This document shows, one piece after another, positions 1 to 11,271 of a DNA stretch of 64,000 nucleotides. Numbering within the stretch: position 1 is the first letter of the stretch; every line of letters starts with the position of its first letter. The notes under the pieces were generated by a model that made no database searches, was not told where the DNA came from, and saw nothing but the letters and a program-made list of their open reading frames with translations. The DNA comes from an uncultured Methanosarcinaceae archaeon (GTDB lineage: Archaea; Halobacteriota; Methanosarcinia; Methanosarcinales; Methanosarcinaceae), in NCBI GenBank assembly GCA_963721455.1, contig CAVRJG010000054.1:1-64000 (forward strand). Reading direction: 5' to 3'. The position numbers and the translations under genes were made by a program.

Positions 1-165
1 CGGGTTGTAGGTGCGCACCATATCCACGGTAACGCCCTTCGACAACATAGGCGTAATGACCATGAAGATGATAAGCATCACAAGCATCACGTCCACCATG
101 GGTGTGACGTTGATGTCTGCCACCGGCCCGCCCAGGTGCTTGTCTCGCTTCTTAGTCTTTTCCAT
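1..165 (-). CDS. exbD: ExbD/TolR biopolymer transport protein, 5' part (runs off the window)
   Basis: Manual translation from ATG at 165: [35 protein letters not shown]; the INVTP.VDV.LV.LIIFM motif is diagnostic; lies downstream of exbB. Confidence 0.9.
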   Translation of the reverse strand, partial: MEKTKKRDKHLGGPVADINVTPMVDVMLVMLIIFMVITPMLSKGVTVDMVRTYNP

Positions 166-304
166 TGCTACTCTCCATCGCGACCAGCGGGACCCGAACA
201 GAGCGGATCTTCGAGTCAGGTGCTGACACCCTCATGAGAGTGCCAGCACCCAAAACGATTCAACCCGCCGGATCCTCGTATCGATTCAGTCCAGCGTTCC
301 GCCG

Positions 305-1042
305 CTACTTACGGGCAGCGGCCTTCTGGGAGCGCTTAATGAAGTAGTCGATCAATTCCGAACTGGAGTTGCCCATCTCCACGTCGAAGCCTTCAATCTT
401 CTGCGTAAAGAAGTTGAACATCCAGACTGCCGGAATAGCCACGAAAAGGCCGATAGCCGTGGTCACCAGAGCTTCGGAAATACCGCCCGCGACAGCGCCG
501 ATACCGGTCGCTTTCTCGGTAGCGATACCTTTGAAAGCGTTGATGATGCCGACGACCGTTCCGAACAGACCGACGAAGGGGGCCGTCGAACCGATGGTTG
601 CCAGGCCGGAAACGCCGCGCTTCAGTTCGGCGCGCACGATCGCTTCGGCGCGTTCCAGGGCGCGCTTGGAGGCTTCTACTTCTTCACCCGGAATATCCGG
701 ACTCATCTGATGAGCCTGGAATTCCTGCAAGCCGGCTACCACCACTTTGGCCAGGTGGCTCTTCTTGTAGCGGTCCGCAATCTTCACCGCTTCGTCCAAC
801 TTGCCTTCGCGCAGCGCGCCGGCCACAGCCGGAGCGAATTGCCGGGACTGCTTGCGAGCGGCCGAATAGGCCAGCAAGCGGTCAATCATCACGCCAATCG
901 ACCATGCCGACATGAGGAACAGAGCAATGACGACGGCCTTGGCCAAGGGGCCCATCTGAGCCCAAAGGGAACGTGGATCCCAACCTACCGTCGCGGCTTC
1001 CTGCAACAACAAAAGGGACCAAACCTGCAATTGTAAAAACAT
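305..1042 (-). CDS. exbB: ExbB/TolQ/MotA proton channel family protein
   Basis: LATIGSTAPFVGLFGTVVGIINAF and GISEALVTTAIGLFVAIPA motifs. Confidence 0.92.
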   Translation of the reverse strand: MFLQLQVWSLLLLQEAATVGWDPRSLWAQMGPLAKAVVIALFLMSAWSIGVMIDRLLAYSAARKQSRQFAPAVAGALREGKLDEAVKIADRYKKSHLAKVVVAGLQEFQAHQMSPDIPGEEVEASKRALERAEAIVRAELKRGVSGLATIGSTAPFVGLFGTVVGIINAFKGIATEKATGIGAVAGGISEALVTTAIGLFVAIPAVWMFNFFTQKIEGFDVEMGNSSSELIDYFIKRSQKAAARK

Positions 1043-1182
1043 GCTTTTTCTCTCCTGCGAGTTGAATTCGTCTTAGACGAAACCCTTCTTCTTCCTCTTC
1101 CAAAGACCTTCAAGGCCGTAAATCCGCTCTGGTCCGGACCTGTCCGGTCTCCCGAATCCGCGGGTGACCCCGCGGCAAGGCA

Positions 1183-1953
1183 CTACTGGCTCAACGTGAA
1201 GTTCACGTCGATCTGCGTCACCACTTCTACCGGCTCTCCGTTCAGGAGGGTCGGCTGGTACACCCACTGTTTCACGGCTTCCATAGCGGAAGGCGTCAGC
1301 AGCGGATGGCCGCTAATCAACTGCAGACTCTGGATCGTGCCGTCCTTGGAGATGATAGCGGTAAACCGCACCACACCCTGAATACGAGCCTGCTTGGCCA
1401 ACGGCGGATACACCGGCTTGGGCTGCCGGACAATCCTGGCCGCCTGCACGTTGCCGCCGACTCGGATGCGCTGTGGCGCAGCCTGCTTAACTTCTACCTT
1501 CTTGACCTCCGGCGGAGGCGGAGGAGGCGCTGCCTGCGGAATCGAGCCGATTACACCGCCCAAAATCCCGCCAACCGCACCACCGGAACCGCCACCAGGA
1601 ATACCGCCAACCACACCACCGCCACCAGCCGACGGAGGCGGCAATTCCTCTTCCTTAATGATGGCGATGTCCTTCGGAACCGCCTTCGGCGCCATCAAAC
1701 GCCCCGCGTCGAACTGCCGCGGGATGATTTTGACCATCTTCACCGGTGCGGCAGCGGGCGGCGGGGGAGGAGGCGGAGGGGGAGGAGGCGCCACTAGAAA
1801 ACTCGTCAACTGAGTCTTCGGCAGCACCTCAAAATGAATCAAAGGAATCAGGACGGCAACCACAACGATGACGCACTGGACGATAAACGACACAATTACC
1901 GTCCAGGACCGGTTGGTTTTACCGACCTCGTCGAGAAGAACCTGCTCAAACAT
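1183..1953 (-). CDS. tonB: TonB family energy transducer
   Basis: N-terminal TM helix, Pro/Gly-rich linker and C-terminal TonB_C (PVYPPLAKQARIQGVV...AVKQWVYQP); start taken at MFEQ (1953). Confidence 0.9.
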   Translation of the reverse strand: MFEQVLLDEVGKTNRSWTVIVSFIVQCVIVVVAVLIPLIHFEVLPKTQLTSFLVAPPPPPPPPPPPAAAPVKMVKIIPRQFDAGRLMAPKAVPKDIAIIKEEELPPPSAGGGGVVGGIPGGGSGGAVGGILGGVIGSIPQAAPPPPPPEVKKVEVKQAAPQRIRVGGNVQAARIVRQPKPVYPPLAKQARIQGVVRFTAIISKDGTIQSLQLISGHPLLTPSAMEAVKQWVYQPTLLNGEPVEVVTQIDVNFTLSQ

Positions 1954-2097
1954 ACCCCGTGTCCTTTCCAAATATCCGCCCACGCCCGCGCCCGGGCAGT
2001 GAGCGGTTCATCTCTTCCCGATAGCCGGCGAGTTACCGGCCACCAGTCTTTCAAACTGCGGAGCGGACCGCAGGGTGCGCTCCCGATCCTTCCAAAC

Positions 2098-3081
2098 TCA
2101 CCGTGCCAACTTCGGCGAGCTCTTCTTCGCCGCGGATTGCGGCCGAACAGCCACCGGCACCTGCGGCGCCTTTTTCCTACCTTCCCGGTAATTGTGCCAG
2201 AACAACACGATCGGACTTGCAATGAAAACCGAGGAATAGGTCCCGATGATAATACCGATTACCAGCGCAAAGGCGAAGCCGTTCAGCACCGCCCCGCCGA
2301 ACAGGAACAGAGAAATACACGTCAGAAACGTCAAACCGGACGTCAACACTGTCCTGCTGAGCGTCTGGTTGATGCTCTTGTTCATGAGCGACTCGAGCGG
2401 CTCCCGGCGCATCAGTTTGAGATTTTCCCGGATCCGGTCGAAAATCACGATCGTATCGTTCATCGAGTAGCCGACCAGGGTCAGCAACGCGGCGATCACC
2501 GTCAGCGAGATCTCCTTGTTGAAGACCGAGAACAGACCAATGGTGATGATCGTATCGTGGAACACGGCGATCACGGCAGCCGCTCCGTATATCCATTCAA
2601 ATCGAAAGGCTATATATACCAGCATTCCACCCAGCGCGTAAAGTGTCGCCATGATGGCCTGCGTTCGCAGGTCGGCGCCCACCTTCGGCCCGACCACCTC
2701 GCGGGACCTCACTGTGAAGGCATTCTTCCCGAAAGTCTGGTCCAAAGTCTCCAGGATCGTGCGCTGGCTGGCATCCAGACTGCGCTCGTCCTTCAACTCG
2801 GTTCCGATACTGACTTCGTTCTGGCTGGCGGCGTCGGTGAAGCTCTGAACGCTGATTTCGCCGGGAACTTTCTTTTCGAGGGCCGCGCGAATCTTCTCGA
2901 CTGAAGGCGGTGAGTTGAACTTCAGGCGGATGAGCGAGCCACCCTTAAAATCAATACCGTACCGAGGCCCCCCCTTGATCATCAGGCTGGCAAGACCGGC
3001 CACCGTGAGCACAAGCGACAGGAAGATAAAGGGCCACTTCTTTCCCAAGAAGTCATAATTGGTGTTGCTGAATATCTGCAT
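2098..3081 (-). CDS. secF: Protein translocase subunit SecF
   Basis: GIDFKGG, VGPKVG and GYSMNDTIVIFDRIREN motifs. Confidence 0.97.
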   Translation of the reverse strand: MQIFSNTNYDFLGKKWPFIFLSLVLTVAGLASLMIKGGPRYGIDFKGGSLIRLKFNSPPSVEKIRAALEKKVPGEISVQSFTDAASQNEVSIGTELKDERSLDASQRTILETLDQTFGKNAFTVRSREVVGPKVGADLRTQAIMATLYALGGMLVYIAFRFEWIYGAAAVIAVFHDTIITIGLFSVFNKEISLTVIAALLTLVGYSMNDTIVIFDRIRENLKLMRREPLESLMNKSINQTLSRTVLTSGLTFLTCISLFLFGGAVLNGFAFALVIGIIIGTYSSVFIASPIVLFWHNYREGRKKAPQVPVAVRPQSAAKKSSPKLAR

Positions 3082-3201
3082 TGCGAGCCGTCTTACCGGT
3101 GCTCTTCTGACTTAGACACCGATCTCGGGAAACTTGTTCCCGCCTCGATTCCAAAAAATTTCGTGGGGCCCAGCCGATCTCACCCGGGGACCCCGCCACA
3201 C

Positions 3202-4819
3202 TCAAATGCTCAACGTGGTGAGCTGCCGCGCACGCGACAACTCCCAATCGAATATCACCTTGGACACGAAAACCGCTGTAAACACGTTGGCGAAAAGGCC
3301 GATGACCAGGGTCACCGCAAAGCCTTTGACGGGTCCGGTGCCGAACAGAAACAGGAAGCAGCAGGAAACGATGGTCGTCACGTGCGTGTCGACAATTGTC
3401 CACCAAGCCTTGCTGAAACCGGCATCCACAGCCGATATCACTGCCTTGCCCGACCGCAACTCCTCGCGGATGCGCTCGAAAATCAGCACATTGCTGTCCA
3501 CCGCCATACCGATAGTCAGGATGACGCCAGCGATGCCAGGCAACGTGAGTACAGCGTGGAAGTAGGCGAGCGCGGCCACCAGGATGACCGTATTGAGAAT
3601 CAGCGCCATCACGGCGTTGACCCCGGCGCGCTTGTAGTAGACGAGCATCACCATGATCACCGCCACCAAACCGACCAGGCCCGCGGTCACACCTTCACGA
3701 ATGGAATCGGCGCCCAGCGACGGACCGACGGTGCGCTCCTCCAGATAGAGGATGCCGGCAGGCAGCGAACCGGACCGCAGCACCAGGGAGAGGTCGGCCG
3801 ACTCCTGTTCGCTGCCCAACCCGGTAATGCGTCCACTATCGTCGATGCGCGACTGAATGGTCGCCACACTGTAGATCCGATTATCCAGGATAACAGCCAG
3901 TCGATTTCCGATGTTGGACTCCGTGAAGCGGCCAAAGCGGCGGCCGCCATCCTGGGTCAGGGTGAAATTAGTTTCCCACTTTCCGAATTCGTCCCGTCCG
4001 GGACGCGCATTTCTCAACGCAGTACCCGTAATTACAGGCGTGCGCGAAACCAGGTACCACCCCTCGCCCTGATCGCGGCGCGGCGTCATCTGCACAAGTT
4101 TCGTGTTGAGGGGCAGCACGCCGCCATGTTTGGCCAGGGCGGCTTCCCGCGAGGTGAAGGGGCCGTCTTTGACTTCGACAATCTCCAATACGGCCGCCGT
4201 ACCCATGATCTGTTTGACGCGCGCCGGATCGTCCACGCCCGGTAGTCTGCACCAGGATTTCAAATTCCGCGTCGGCGCGCCCGTGCTGCTGCACCACCGG
4301 TTCGGTCAACCCCAGGGCGTTGATGCGGTTCTCGATCGTCCGAATGGAGCGTTCGACGGTGTCGCGCTTGATGGCCATCAGTTCGGTGGGGCGCATGTTC
4401 ATGCGGTAGTCGGTGGACGACACCGGCGTCAGCACCCAATTCTGAAACCGATCGGAGACGATTCCGCGCAGATCGCCGGAACGCTGTACCGGCACGCCCT
4501 TGATGTTGATCTGGATGCTGTCGGCATCCTCGATCCGCTGCGGGTCGTTGCGGTCCATACCCCCGTACTCGATATTCGCCTTCTTAAACTCCTCTTTCAG
4601 GCGATCGATGGTCTGGTCGGCCTCACTCTTCAGCGCGTCCTGCACCTGGACCTGCAGGATCAGGTGGCTGCCGCCGCGCAGATCGAGGCCCAGCCGTATG
4701 TTGTGCTGAATGTTGGCCTTCAACTCGGCGCCAGACTTCGGGATTCCTATAATGCCATAAACACAAAGCAGGATTGTGGCAACAATGATGACCGTTTTCG
4801 TGGTCAGGTTTTTGCTCAT
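3202..4819 (-). CDS. secD: Protein translocase subunit SecD, split by a single-base insertion near 4246
   Basis: N-half has LGLDLRGG and RINALGLTEP; C-half has LPG..DP, VGPSLG and GMAVDSNVLIFERIRE; removing one base at ~4246 restores ILVQLPGVDDP. Confidence 0.93.
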
Positions 4820-4840
4820 GCGATGACCTTAAATACTCCG

Positions 4841-5152
4841 CTACTTCTTCGGTTCTCCGGTGACCAGGCTCGACACCGCGCTGCGGGCCACCTGGAGTTT
4901 TATGTTGTCGGGTTTCACACGCAGCACCAGAGTGTCGTCTTCGGCGATCGACACGATGGTCCCGACGATGCCGCCGCTAGTCAGCACGACGTTGCCGTTT
5001 TCGAGGCTCTGCAGCATCTTCTGCTGTTGCTTCTTCTGCCTTTGCATGGGCAGGAAGAGCAGAAAGTAGAAGATCGCGAAGATGAGAATAATGGGGAGAA
5101 ACCCCAGGAGCGAGTTTGGGGAACCTGCCTGAATCAGCACACTCAACAGCAC
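4841..5152 (-). CDS. yajC: Preprotein translocase subunit YajC
   Basis: FYFLLFLPMQRQKK...LENGNVVLTSGGIVGTI motif; between tgt and secD; GTG start inferred at 5152. Confidence 0.92.
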   Translation of the reverse strand: MLLSVLIQAGSPNSLLGFLPIILIFAIFYFLLFLPMQRQKKQQQKMLQSLENGNVVLTSGGIVGTIVSIAEDDTLVLRVKPDNIKLQVARSAVSSLVTGEPKK

Positions 5153-5274
5153 TTTAGGCCTCACTGGAAGGAACAAGGAGAAATGAGAACAACCTATTCT
5201 GCCTCGATCGGCGCGGAGCGCAATACTTCCAACTAGTTGGGAACCACCCAATACATAGCGTGCCTGATCGGGCA

Positions 5275-6432
5275 CTAAGATGTCAACTCGGAGTTCACCT
5301 GCCGGGCGCGGGCCTGCTCCAGGCAGGCGGCGAAACGGCCCTCGACAATGGCCACCCGCATCTCCCGCATGATAGCCAGATAGCGCGCAATGTTGTGCCA
5401 GGTGGCCAGAACGGCATACAAAATCTCGCCGGCCAGGAACAGGTGGCGCAGGTACGCCCGCGAGTACTGGCGGCAGGTGTAACAGCCGCAAGCCTCATCC
5501 ACGGGCCGGGGATCCTCCCGGTAGCGCGCCTGCTTGATGACCACCCGTCCGGCCGCGGTGAACAGGCAGCCGTTGCGGGCGTTCCGCGAGGGCAGCACGC
5601 AATCCATCATGTCCACGCCGCGAGCCACGTACTCCGGCAATTCCTCCGGCATCCCAACCCCCATGGCGTAGCGGGGCCGGTTCCGGGGCAGGGCCGGCTC
5701 TACCACCTCCACCATCTCCCAACTAAGGGGTCGCGGCTCGCCCACCGAGAGCCCTCCGATGGCGTAGCCGTCAGCGTCCAGCTCCACCAGCCGGCGGGCG
5801 CATTCGACGCGCAGGTCCGGGAACACCGACCCCTGCACGATCGGAAACAGCGCGCCGGCCGCCGTTTCGCCGCCCGATCGCTCCAGCGCAGCGGAGTAGT
5901 GGCGCCAGGCCGCGCCTGCCCACCGCACCGTCCGCTCCATCGAGGTGCGGGCGTACTGAGGGCTCACCGGGTATTCCGGACATTCGTCGAGCATCATCAT
6001 GACGTCGCTGCCGAGGGCCATCTGCACGTCCACGGTCGATTCCGGCGTGAAGCTGTGCGCATCCCCATTTAAGTGGGAGCGAAACATCACGCCCTCTTCG
6101 GTGATCTTCCGAAGGCCGCTCAGGCTGAAAACCTGGAAGCCGCCGGAATCGGTCAGAATCGCCCTGGGCCACGACATGAAGCGGTGCAGCCCGCCCATCC
6201 TGCGGATCAGTTCGTGCCCCGGCCGCAGGAACAGGTGGTAGGTGTTCGCCAGCAGAATCCGGGTGTCCAGTTCGTCGGCTAAAGCCTGCTGGGTCAACCC
6301 TTTCACGGTAGCCTGCGTACCCACCGGCATGAAGACCGGTGTCTCTATAACACCGTGCGGCGTGTGAAGCAGCCCGGCCCGGGCACGGGTCTTTGGGCAC
6401 TCGGCCACGATTTCCAGTCGAACCTGGGGCAC
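5275..6432 (-). CDS. tgt: tRNA-guanine(34) transglycosylase
   Basis: [26 protein letters not shown] and CGCYTC...H Zn motif; GTG start inferred at 6432. Confidence 0.96.
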   Translation of the reverse strand: MPQVRLEIVAECPKTRARAGLLHTPHGVIETPVFMPVGTQATVKGLTQQALADELDTRILLANTYHLFLRPGHELIRRMGGLHRFMSWPRAILTDSGGFQVFSLSGLRKITEEGVMFRSHLNGDAHSFTPESTVDVQMALGSDVMMMLDECPEYPVSPQYARTSMERTVRWAGAAWRHYSAALERSGGETAAGALFPIVQGSVFPDLRVECARRLVELDADGYAIGGLSVGEPRPLSWEMVEVVEPALPRNRPRYAMGVGMPEELPEYVARGVDMMDCVLPSRNARNGCLFTAAGRVVIKQARYREDPRPVDEACGCYTCRQYSRAYLRHLFLAGEILYAVLATWHNIARYLAIMREMRVAIVEGRFAACLEQARARQVNSELTS

Positions 6433-6616
6433 AGAACCATCTTCGCAACTTCGGCAATCTAGCGGGCGCGGCAGGACGGGAGGCGGTTCCCCCATCCATA
6501 GCAGAGGGCGTGTGAGTTTCTGTCCTTCAGGGGGCGGGACCTCTATGGACAGACCCGTGGCTCGCGTTTACAGCTTACGGATGGATGATATGCTGGGGGC
6601 AGCGCGAGGGGGCTCC

Positions 6617-7159
6617 ATGTCACAGACAGCTTCGGTGGGAATCAAGGCGGCCGGCGAATTAGACACCAGCTTGAACCGGGATCTATTCCTCCGCAGCCTG
6701 ATCCGGGAACTGGCCGGCACGCTGCAGGACGTGGTAGGCCTAAAGAAGCATCCGGATTCATCAGCGTCGTCGGGCAAACCATCGGTGACCAGATCAACCG
6801 TTCATACCGGGAGGCATACGGCAGCACCGCCTGCAATCGCGACCAGGTTCCCCAGGTTTTAGTAGACCTGAAGCGCCGCATTCAGGGGAACTTCTACATC
6901 ATCGCGGAGGATGACACCAAAATCGTGCTGGGCAACCGCGCCTGCCCGTTTGGAGACAAGGTATTCGATCGCCCGTCCATGTGCATGATGACTTCGAACG
7001 TCTTCGGCGTTATCGCCGCGGAGAAACCTGGGCTACGCCAAGGTGGAACTGCAGCAAACCATAGCCGCCGGACACACCGGCTGCCGGGTAGTGGTCTATC
7101 TGAAGCCGACGCGGGAGTCGGAAAGGGCTGAAGGAAGAGAGTATTTCCAGTCGGAATGA
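6617..7159 (+). CDS. MetOD1/V4R-like small ligand-binding protein with two compensating indels (~6743 and ~7025)
   Basis: Stitched translation MSQTAS...[36 protein letters not shown]...GNRACPFG...[36 protein letters not shown]; stop overlaps the next ATG (ATGA). Family assignment is from memory of the motif pattern. Confidence 0.65.
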
Positions 7160-7500
7160 CGAAGGAGTCCTTTGAGCAGTGGGCGGACCTGTTTTCGGAA
7201 CCGCTGCTGCTGACGTCGCGACAGGGCCTGGTCGAGGCATCCAACAGGGCGGCCGCGGAATTTCGCGCCGCGCGATACCCTGGTAAACGTCCTGTCACGG
7301 AGTTGGTAACTGATTCTGCCGAGGAAGTCCAGCGATATTTGCGTCAGTGCGCCCGCTCCCGGGAGTTCATGCCCGGTTCCTTGCACTGGCTCCGGCCGGG
7401 AGCCGCGCCAGTCGCCTGCCGCTGCGACGCGGCGCTGGTGCGCGGAGAAACAGCGCATCTTCTGATCCGCTGCCGTCCGAAGCTGGAGACCATCGACGAA
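7156..7500 (+). CDS. PAS-domain sensor protein (probable histidine kinase), N-terminus only, cut at the sequence junction
   Basis: PAS-like EPLLLTSRQGLVEASNRAAAEF; translationally coupled to the upstream gene; composition changes abruptly after ~7500. Confidence 0.55.
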
Positions 7501-7560
7501 AGACGTCCGAATCGCTGTAACAGGTGCATTATCTGGAAAAAAGGAGTGTTGGGTTGAAAA
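7495..7560. other. Junction between bacterial high-GC and archaeal low-GC sequence
   Basis: Abrupt GC drop; bacterial genes on the left, Methanosarcina-type genes on the right; a gene is truncated at the boundary. Confidence 0.9.
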
Positions 7561-7870
7561 AATTTGAAAAAATTAGTTTTTTAAAGAGCCGCAATGGCTC
7601 TTGATTTCTCTTTTTAATTTTTGGTTATCTTACTGTTTAGCTTACTATGTTTTTATCCTGTTTGTTTTCGGGAGACTTACAACAGATTTTTCTCGGAAAT
7701 TGAAAATTCCATACATTTATTCAGGCATCTCTTGATAGAATAATAAATATTACTTGAAAAAAGGAGGAAAAATTGTCCGTCAAAAAAGATAAAGTATTAT
7801 TTAAAAAAAGAACGGTAAGAGCAAACTTATTTTTTTAAATAAACATTAATTTTCCGCAAAAAGCAGTTTT

Positions 7871-8920
7871 TCAATGCCCTGCCTTGAGCAATTTGCAGAC
7901 ATCTTCTACTTCGGTTCTGAAATCGTCCTGGGTGATCCCATAAAGGCCTGCAAGGTACATGGCACCACCAGCACCTGCACCTTCCTTGATTGTGCCTGTT
8001 TCGTACCTGTGAAGCCCTTTAAGAGCGGACTTTCCAAATCCAGGGTCTGCAACGTAGACCACAGATACGCCCAGGGTTCTGGTAAGTTCGGCAAAGTTTG
8101 CGGATTTATCTTCTACGACATACCGGGTAGTAGCGATTGATAATTTTTCCGTATTGAAACCCAGATGTTTGATCAGGGCATACACTGCTGCCATTTGAGT
8201 CCCTCCGGCAAGGACAACACTGATTTCCGTGCCTTGAAAGCCTGCAACAAGGCCTACGACAGCAGGCATCATCGGGTCTCCCATGCAGGCAATAGCTTTC
8301 ATGGGGTCGTCTTTCAGGCAGCCAAAGGTCAGGCCTGATGCTCTCATGCCTTCTTCGATAACCTGTTTCTTCAGTTCAAGGGGATTTTCATCTGCACTGC
8401 TGCTGACGTTTCCGTTATATCCAAGCGCCATTAAAACCCCCATTGCAGTTGTTGTGCCGCCTGGAATGCTTTCCCCGATAACTACATGGTCTACCTGGTT
8501 TCTGAGCCTTTTGGCCAGCAACTTTGCCCGCTCGTAGATCCCATTCACATCCCTTACTGCTATCGGTTCTCTAATATCTTCTCCAGGTTTTGCTTTCAGG
8601 TCAATCCACGGGACCTCTGGAGTTATAATGAGGCCTGAATTAATGAAATGGTAGGGAACATCCGTAAGTTTCAGTGCCGAACGGGTCATAATTGCAGGAG
8701 TAGGAGTATCATAAGGGGGAGTCATTGGGAGAACTGGTACGCTGATAATATCTCCTGTTTCCATAAGTTCTGCATCTCCCGCAGGCGTATAATCCGTAAG
8801 TTCAGCCGTTTTTCCTGCGGCTGAGAGCTTCGGGATATGCGCGGTCTTAGTATTGGAAAGCACGCATAAAAACATCGGTTTTCTGGGTTTTTTAGTTACT
8901 TCCGGTTCGATCCAGGCCAT
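7871..8920 (-). CDS. cobT: Archaeal nicotinate-nucleotide--dimethylbenzimidazole phosphoribosyltransferase
   Basis: [27 protein letters not shown] and KEGAGAGG motifs of the archaeal CobT family. Confidence 0.88.
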   Translation of the reverse strand: MAWIEPEVTKKPRKPMFLCVLSNTKTAHIPKLSAAGKTAELTDYTPAGDAELMETGDIISVPVLPMTPPYDTPTPAIMTRSALKLTDVPYHFINSGLIITPEVPWIDLKAKPGEDIREPIAVRDVNGIYERAKLLAKRLRNQVDHVVIGESIPGGTTTAMGVLMALGYNGNVSSSADENPLELKKQVIEEGMRASGLTFGCLKDDPMKAIACMGDPMMPAVVGLVAGFQGTEISVVLAGGTQMAAVYALIKHLGFNTEKLSIATTRYVVEDKSANFAELTRTLGVSVVYVADPGFGKSALKGLHRYETGTIKEGAGAGGAMYLAGLYGITQDDFRTEVEDVCKLLKAGH

Positions 8921-9442
8921 ATCATATCTCCTTTATGGAATAAAATGCAAGATAATCCCGGGCTTATTTGTCTCAGGATTGGACTCCGCACGACCGTTGG
9001 ATTTCTTATAGCTATCAAGGCTGAAATAAATGAATGCAATTCTTCCCGAAATCCAATGAGAATTCTTCAACTTACTATTTAATATTTATCCACAAACAAA
9101 TATAATTTGATATTACTCAACTTAACTTTACTTTATCTCTCTTTCGTTTCGGACTCGGACACTTAATCTTGGCTGAGTTTCTAATAAATATCAGTTGAGT
9201 AAACTCTCAGATATAACTAAATCCCTGGTAATTTTGTTTTCAGGTTCTATCTGATTGTAAAATAACCTGCTTAATAAAAACAAAAAGAGAAAAAACAAGA
9301 AATTGAGATTTTCCCTCGGATGTTCTCAATTTCGATATTTACTGCGGTTTCTACTTTTTTCGGCCAGTTATGCAAAGCCAGGAACAATCCCGATGCAATC
9401 TGGCTTTCAGTATATTCCCGAAAGAATGAGTCTTTTATATAT

Positions 9443-10885
9443 TTAATACGTTCTTGCCACGTACACACGGGTTTCGGTTTCTCCCTCGCATATAGGGCAT
9501 TTTTCTTTCCTGTCCTTTTTCTGCTCCAGGGGAATTCCGAGGATTCCTGCACCTATCCGGTCTTCCATGATAAGTCCGCATTCTTTCTTGCCACACCAGG
9601 GAATTGTTGCAATGCCTTCCTGGATTTTTTCCTTTACCTCTTCAAGTTCGGTACAGTCAAATATGCGGTTTTCAAGTTCTGCTTTCGCTTTTTGGTAAAG
9701 GTTTTCACGGATTGCCTCAAATCTTGAGCTCACTCCGGCCTCAATCTCAGGGAGTGGAATCTGTTCTTTTTCCCCTGTATCTCTCCTGACAGCCACAGCA
9801 ACGTTATTTTCAAGGTCCCTGGGTCCGATTTCAAGCCTAAGGGGCACTCCTTTCATTTCCCATTTGTAGTACTTTGCTCCGGGGCGGAGGTCACTTGCAT
9901 CGATTTCAACTCTCATCCCGGCTTTCTTCAGGCGTTCCTGGACATCCATGCAGGCTGCGAGCACCTCTTCTGCTCCTTTCTTGAAGATGATCGGAATAAT
10001 TACCGCCTGCACAGGCGCGATCTCCGGAGGCAAAACCAGTCCTTTGTCGTCTCCGTGAATGGAAATCGTAGCTGCAATACATCTCTCTGAGATCCCGTAA
10101 CAGGTCTGGTGGGCATAACGCTGCTCCCCGTCAGGGGCTTCGTACTTAATATCAAATGTCTTTGCAAAATTGTCCCCAAGGTGATGGACAGTGCCTATCT
10201 GCAGGGTCTTCCCGTCAGGCATAACGGCATCCAGGGCATCGGTGTAGTCTGCGCCCGGGAATTTATCCCAGTCAGGTCTCCTTGAGCGGAGTACCGGAAC
10301 TCCAAGTCTGCGGTATATTTCAGTATAGAGCCTGACAGCCTCCTTAACCTGGGCTTCCGCATCTTCCCAGGTGGCATGCACTGTATGGGCCTCTTTGAAG
10401 GAAGTAATTTCTCTGAGTCTTATGAGAGGGCGGGTATGTTTTGTTTCGTAGCGGAAAGTATTCACTATCTGATAGATTTTAATCGGAAAATCAGCATGGG
10501 ATCTGATCCATATTTTGTACATCGGGTAAATGGCAGTCTCACTTGTTGGGCGAAGAGCCAGAGGGACATCAAGAAGGTCTTTTCCTCCATGGGTTACCCA
10601 GTACACTTCGTCCTCAAAGCCTTTGATATGCTCGGCTTCTTTCATGAACTCATTTTCGGGAATAAGCAGAGGGAAGAGAGCTTCCTGGTGTCCGCTGTTG
10701 TCAAGAATTTCCCTTATAATATTATAGGTGTTTCTCCGGATTGCAAAGCCGAAGGGGTACCAGACATAGAGCCCTTTTACAGGATAGCGGACGTCCATTA
10801 TTTCGGCCATCCACAGGAGTTCGTTATACCATTCGCTGAATTCCTCTTTTGGGGGGAGTGCTGCTTCTTTTTCGCTTTCTGCCAT
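9443..10885 (-). CDS. proS: Proline--tRNA ligase (archaeal type)
   Basis: [40 protein letters not shown] and C-terminal ARTY. Confidence 0.98.
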   Translation of the reverse strand: MAESEKEAALPPKEEFSEWYNELLWMAEIMDVRYPVKGLYVWYPFGFAIRRNTYNIIREILDNSGHQEALFPLLIPENEFMKEAEHIKGFEDEVYWVTHGGKDLLDVPLALRPTSETAIYPMYKIWIRSHADFPIKIYQIVNTFRYETKHTRPLIRLREITSFKEAHTVHATWEDAEAQVKEAVRLYTEIYRRLGVPVLRSRRPDWDKFPGADYTDALDAVMPDGKTLQIGTVHHLGDNFAKTFDIKYEAPDGEQRYAHQTCYGISERCIAATISIHGDDKGLVLPPEIAPVQAVIIPIIFKKGAEEVLAACMDVQERLKKAGMRVEIDASDLRPGAKYYKWEMKGVPLRLEIGPRDLENNVAVAVRRDTGEKEQIPLPEIEAGVSSRFEAIRENLYQKAKAELENRIFDCTELEEVKEKIQEGIATIPWCGKKECGLIMEDRIGAGILGIPLEQKKDRKEKCPICEGETETRVYVARTY

Positions 10886-11271
10886 ACCTTCACCGTATTA
10901 TCGCAATCTGAAATAACTCTTAAATTCTTAAATTGATCAAATAAACTCTTATTGATCAAATTTTGAGAGGCACGCGCGAATTCCAGCATCACGCCTTCAG
11001 TGCCAATCATAATCTCTTTGATGAAACACACAGTTCTATGGGCTAATTTAAGGGCCTACTCTCAGACAGGTACAATATTCTACAGCCCTGTTTTTCTCCG
11101 GGAATTCTACAGGAAGGCCTTCCTGGCTGCCACATTTTGAGATACGGTGTCTGAACAGGAAACTGCCTGCATAGCCCACAATATGCCTGCCTTATTGGAA
11201 TAAAAGTTAATAACTATATGGGAACTATGCCCCTGGAATTTGTCAGGCTGTTGAAAAATCGGAAAAAAGAA

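Noticed and set aside
4240-4263. Programmed frameshift in secD
   Set aside because: No slippery sequence; other indels nearby point to sequencing error
1834-6499. Long alternative ORFs (1834-2904, 3163-4245, 4103-5236, 5260-6072, 5771-6499)
   Set aside because: Shadow frames of GC-rich real genes with no recognisable motifs
1-7500. Genuine bacteria-to-archaeon genomic island
   Set aside because: Housekeeping content, a truncated gene at the boundary, no mobility genes and a different error profile all favour an artefact
8921-9270. Cobalamin riboswitch upstream of cobT
   Set aside because: Only a short inverted repeat (TTGGATTT/AAATCCAA); no B12-box consensus recognisable
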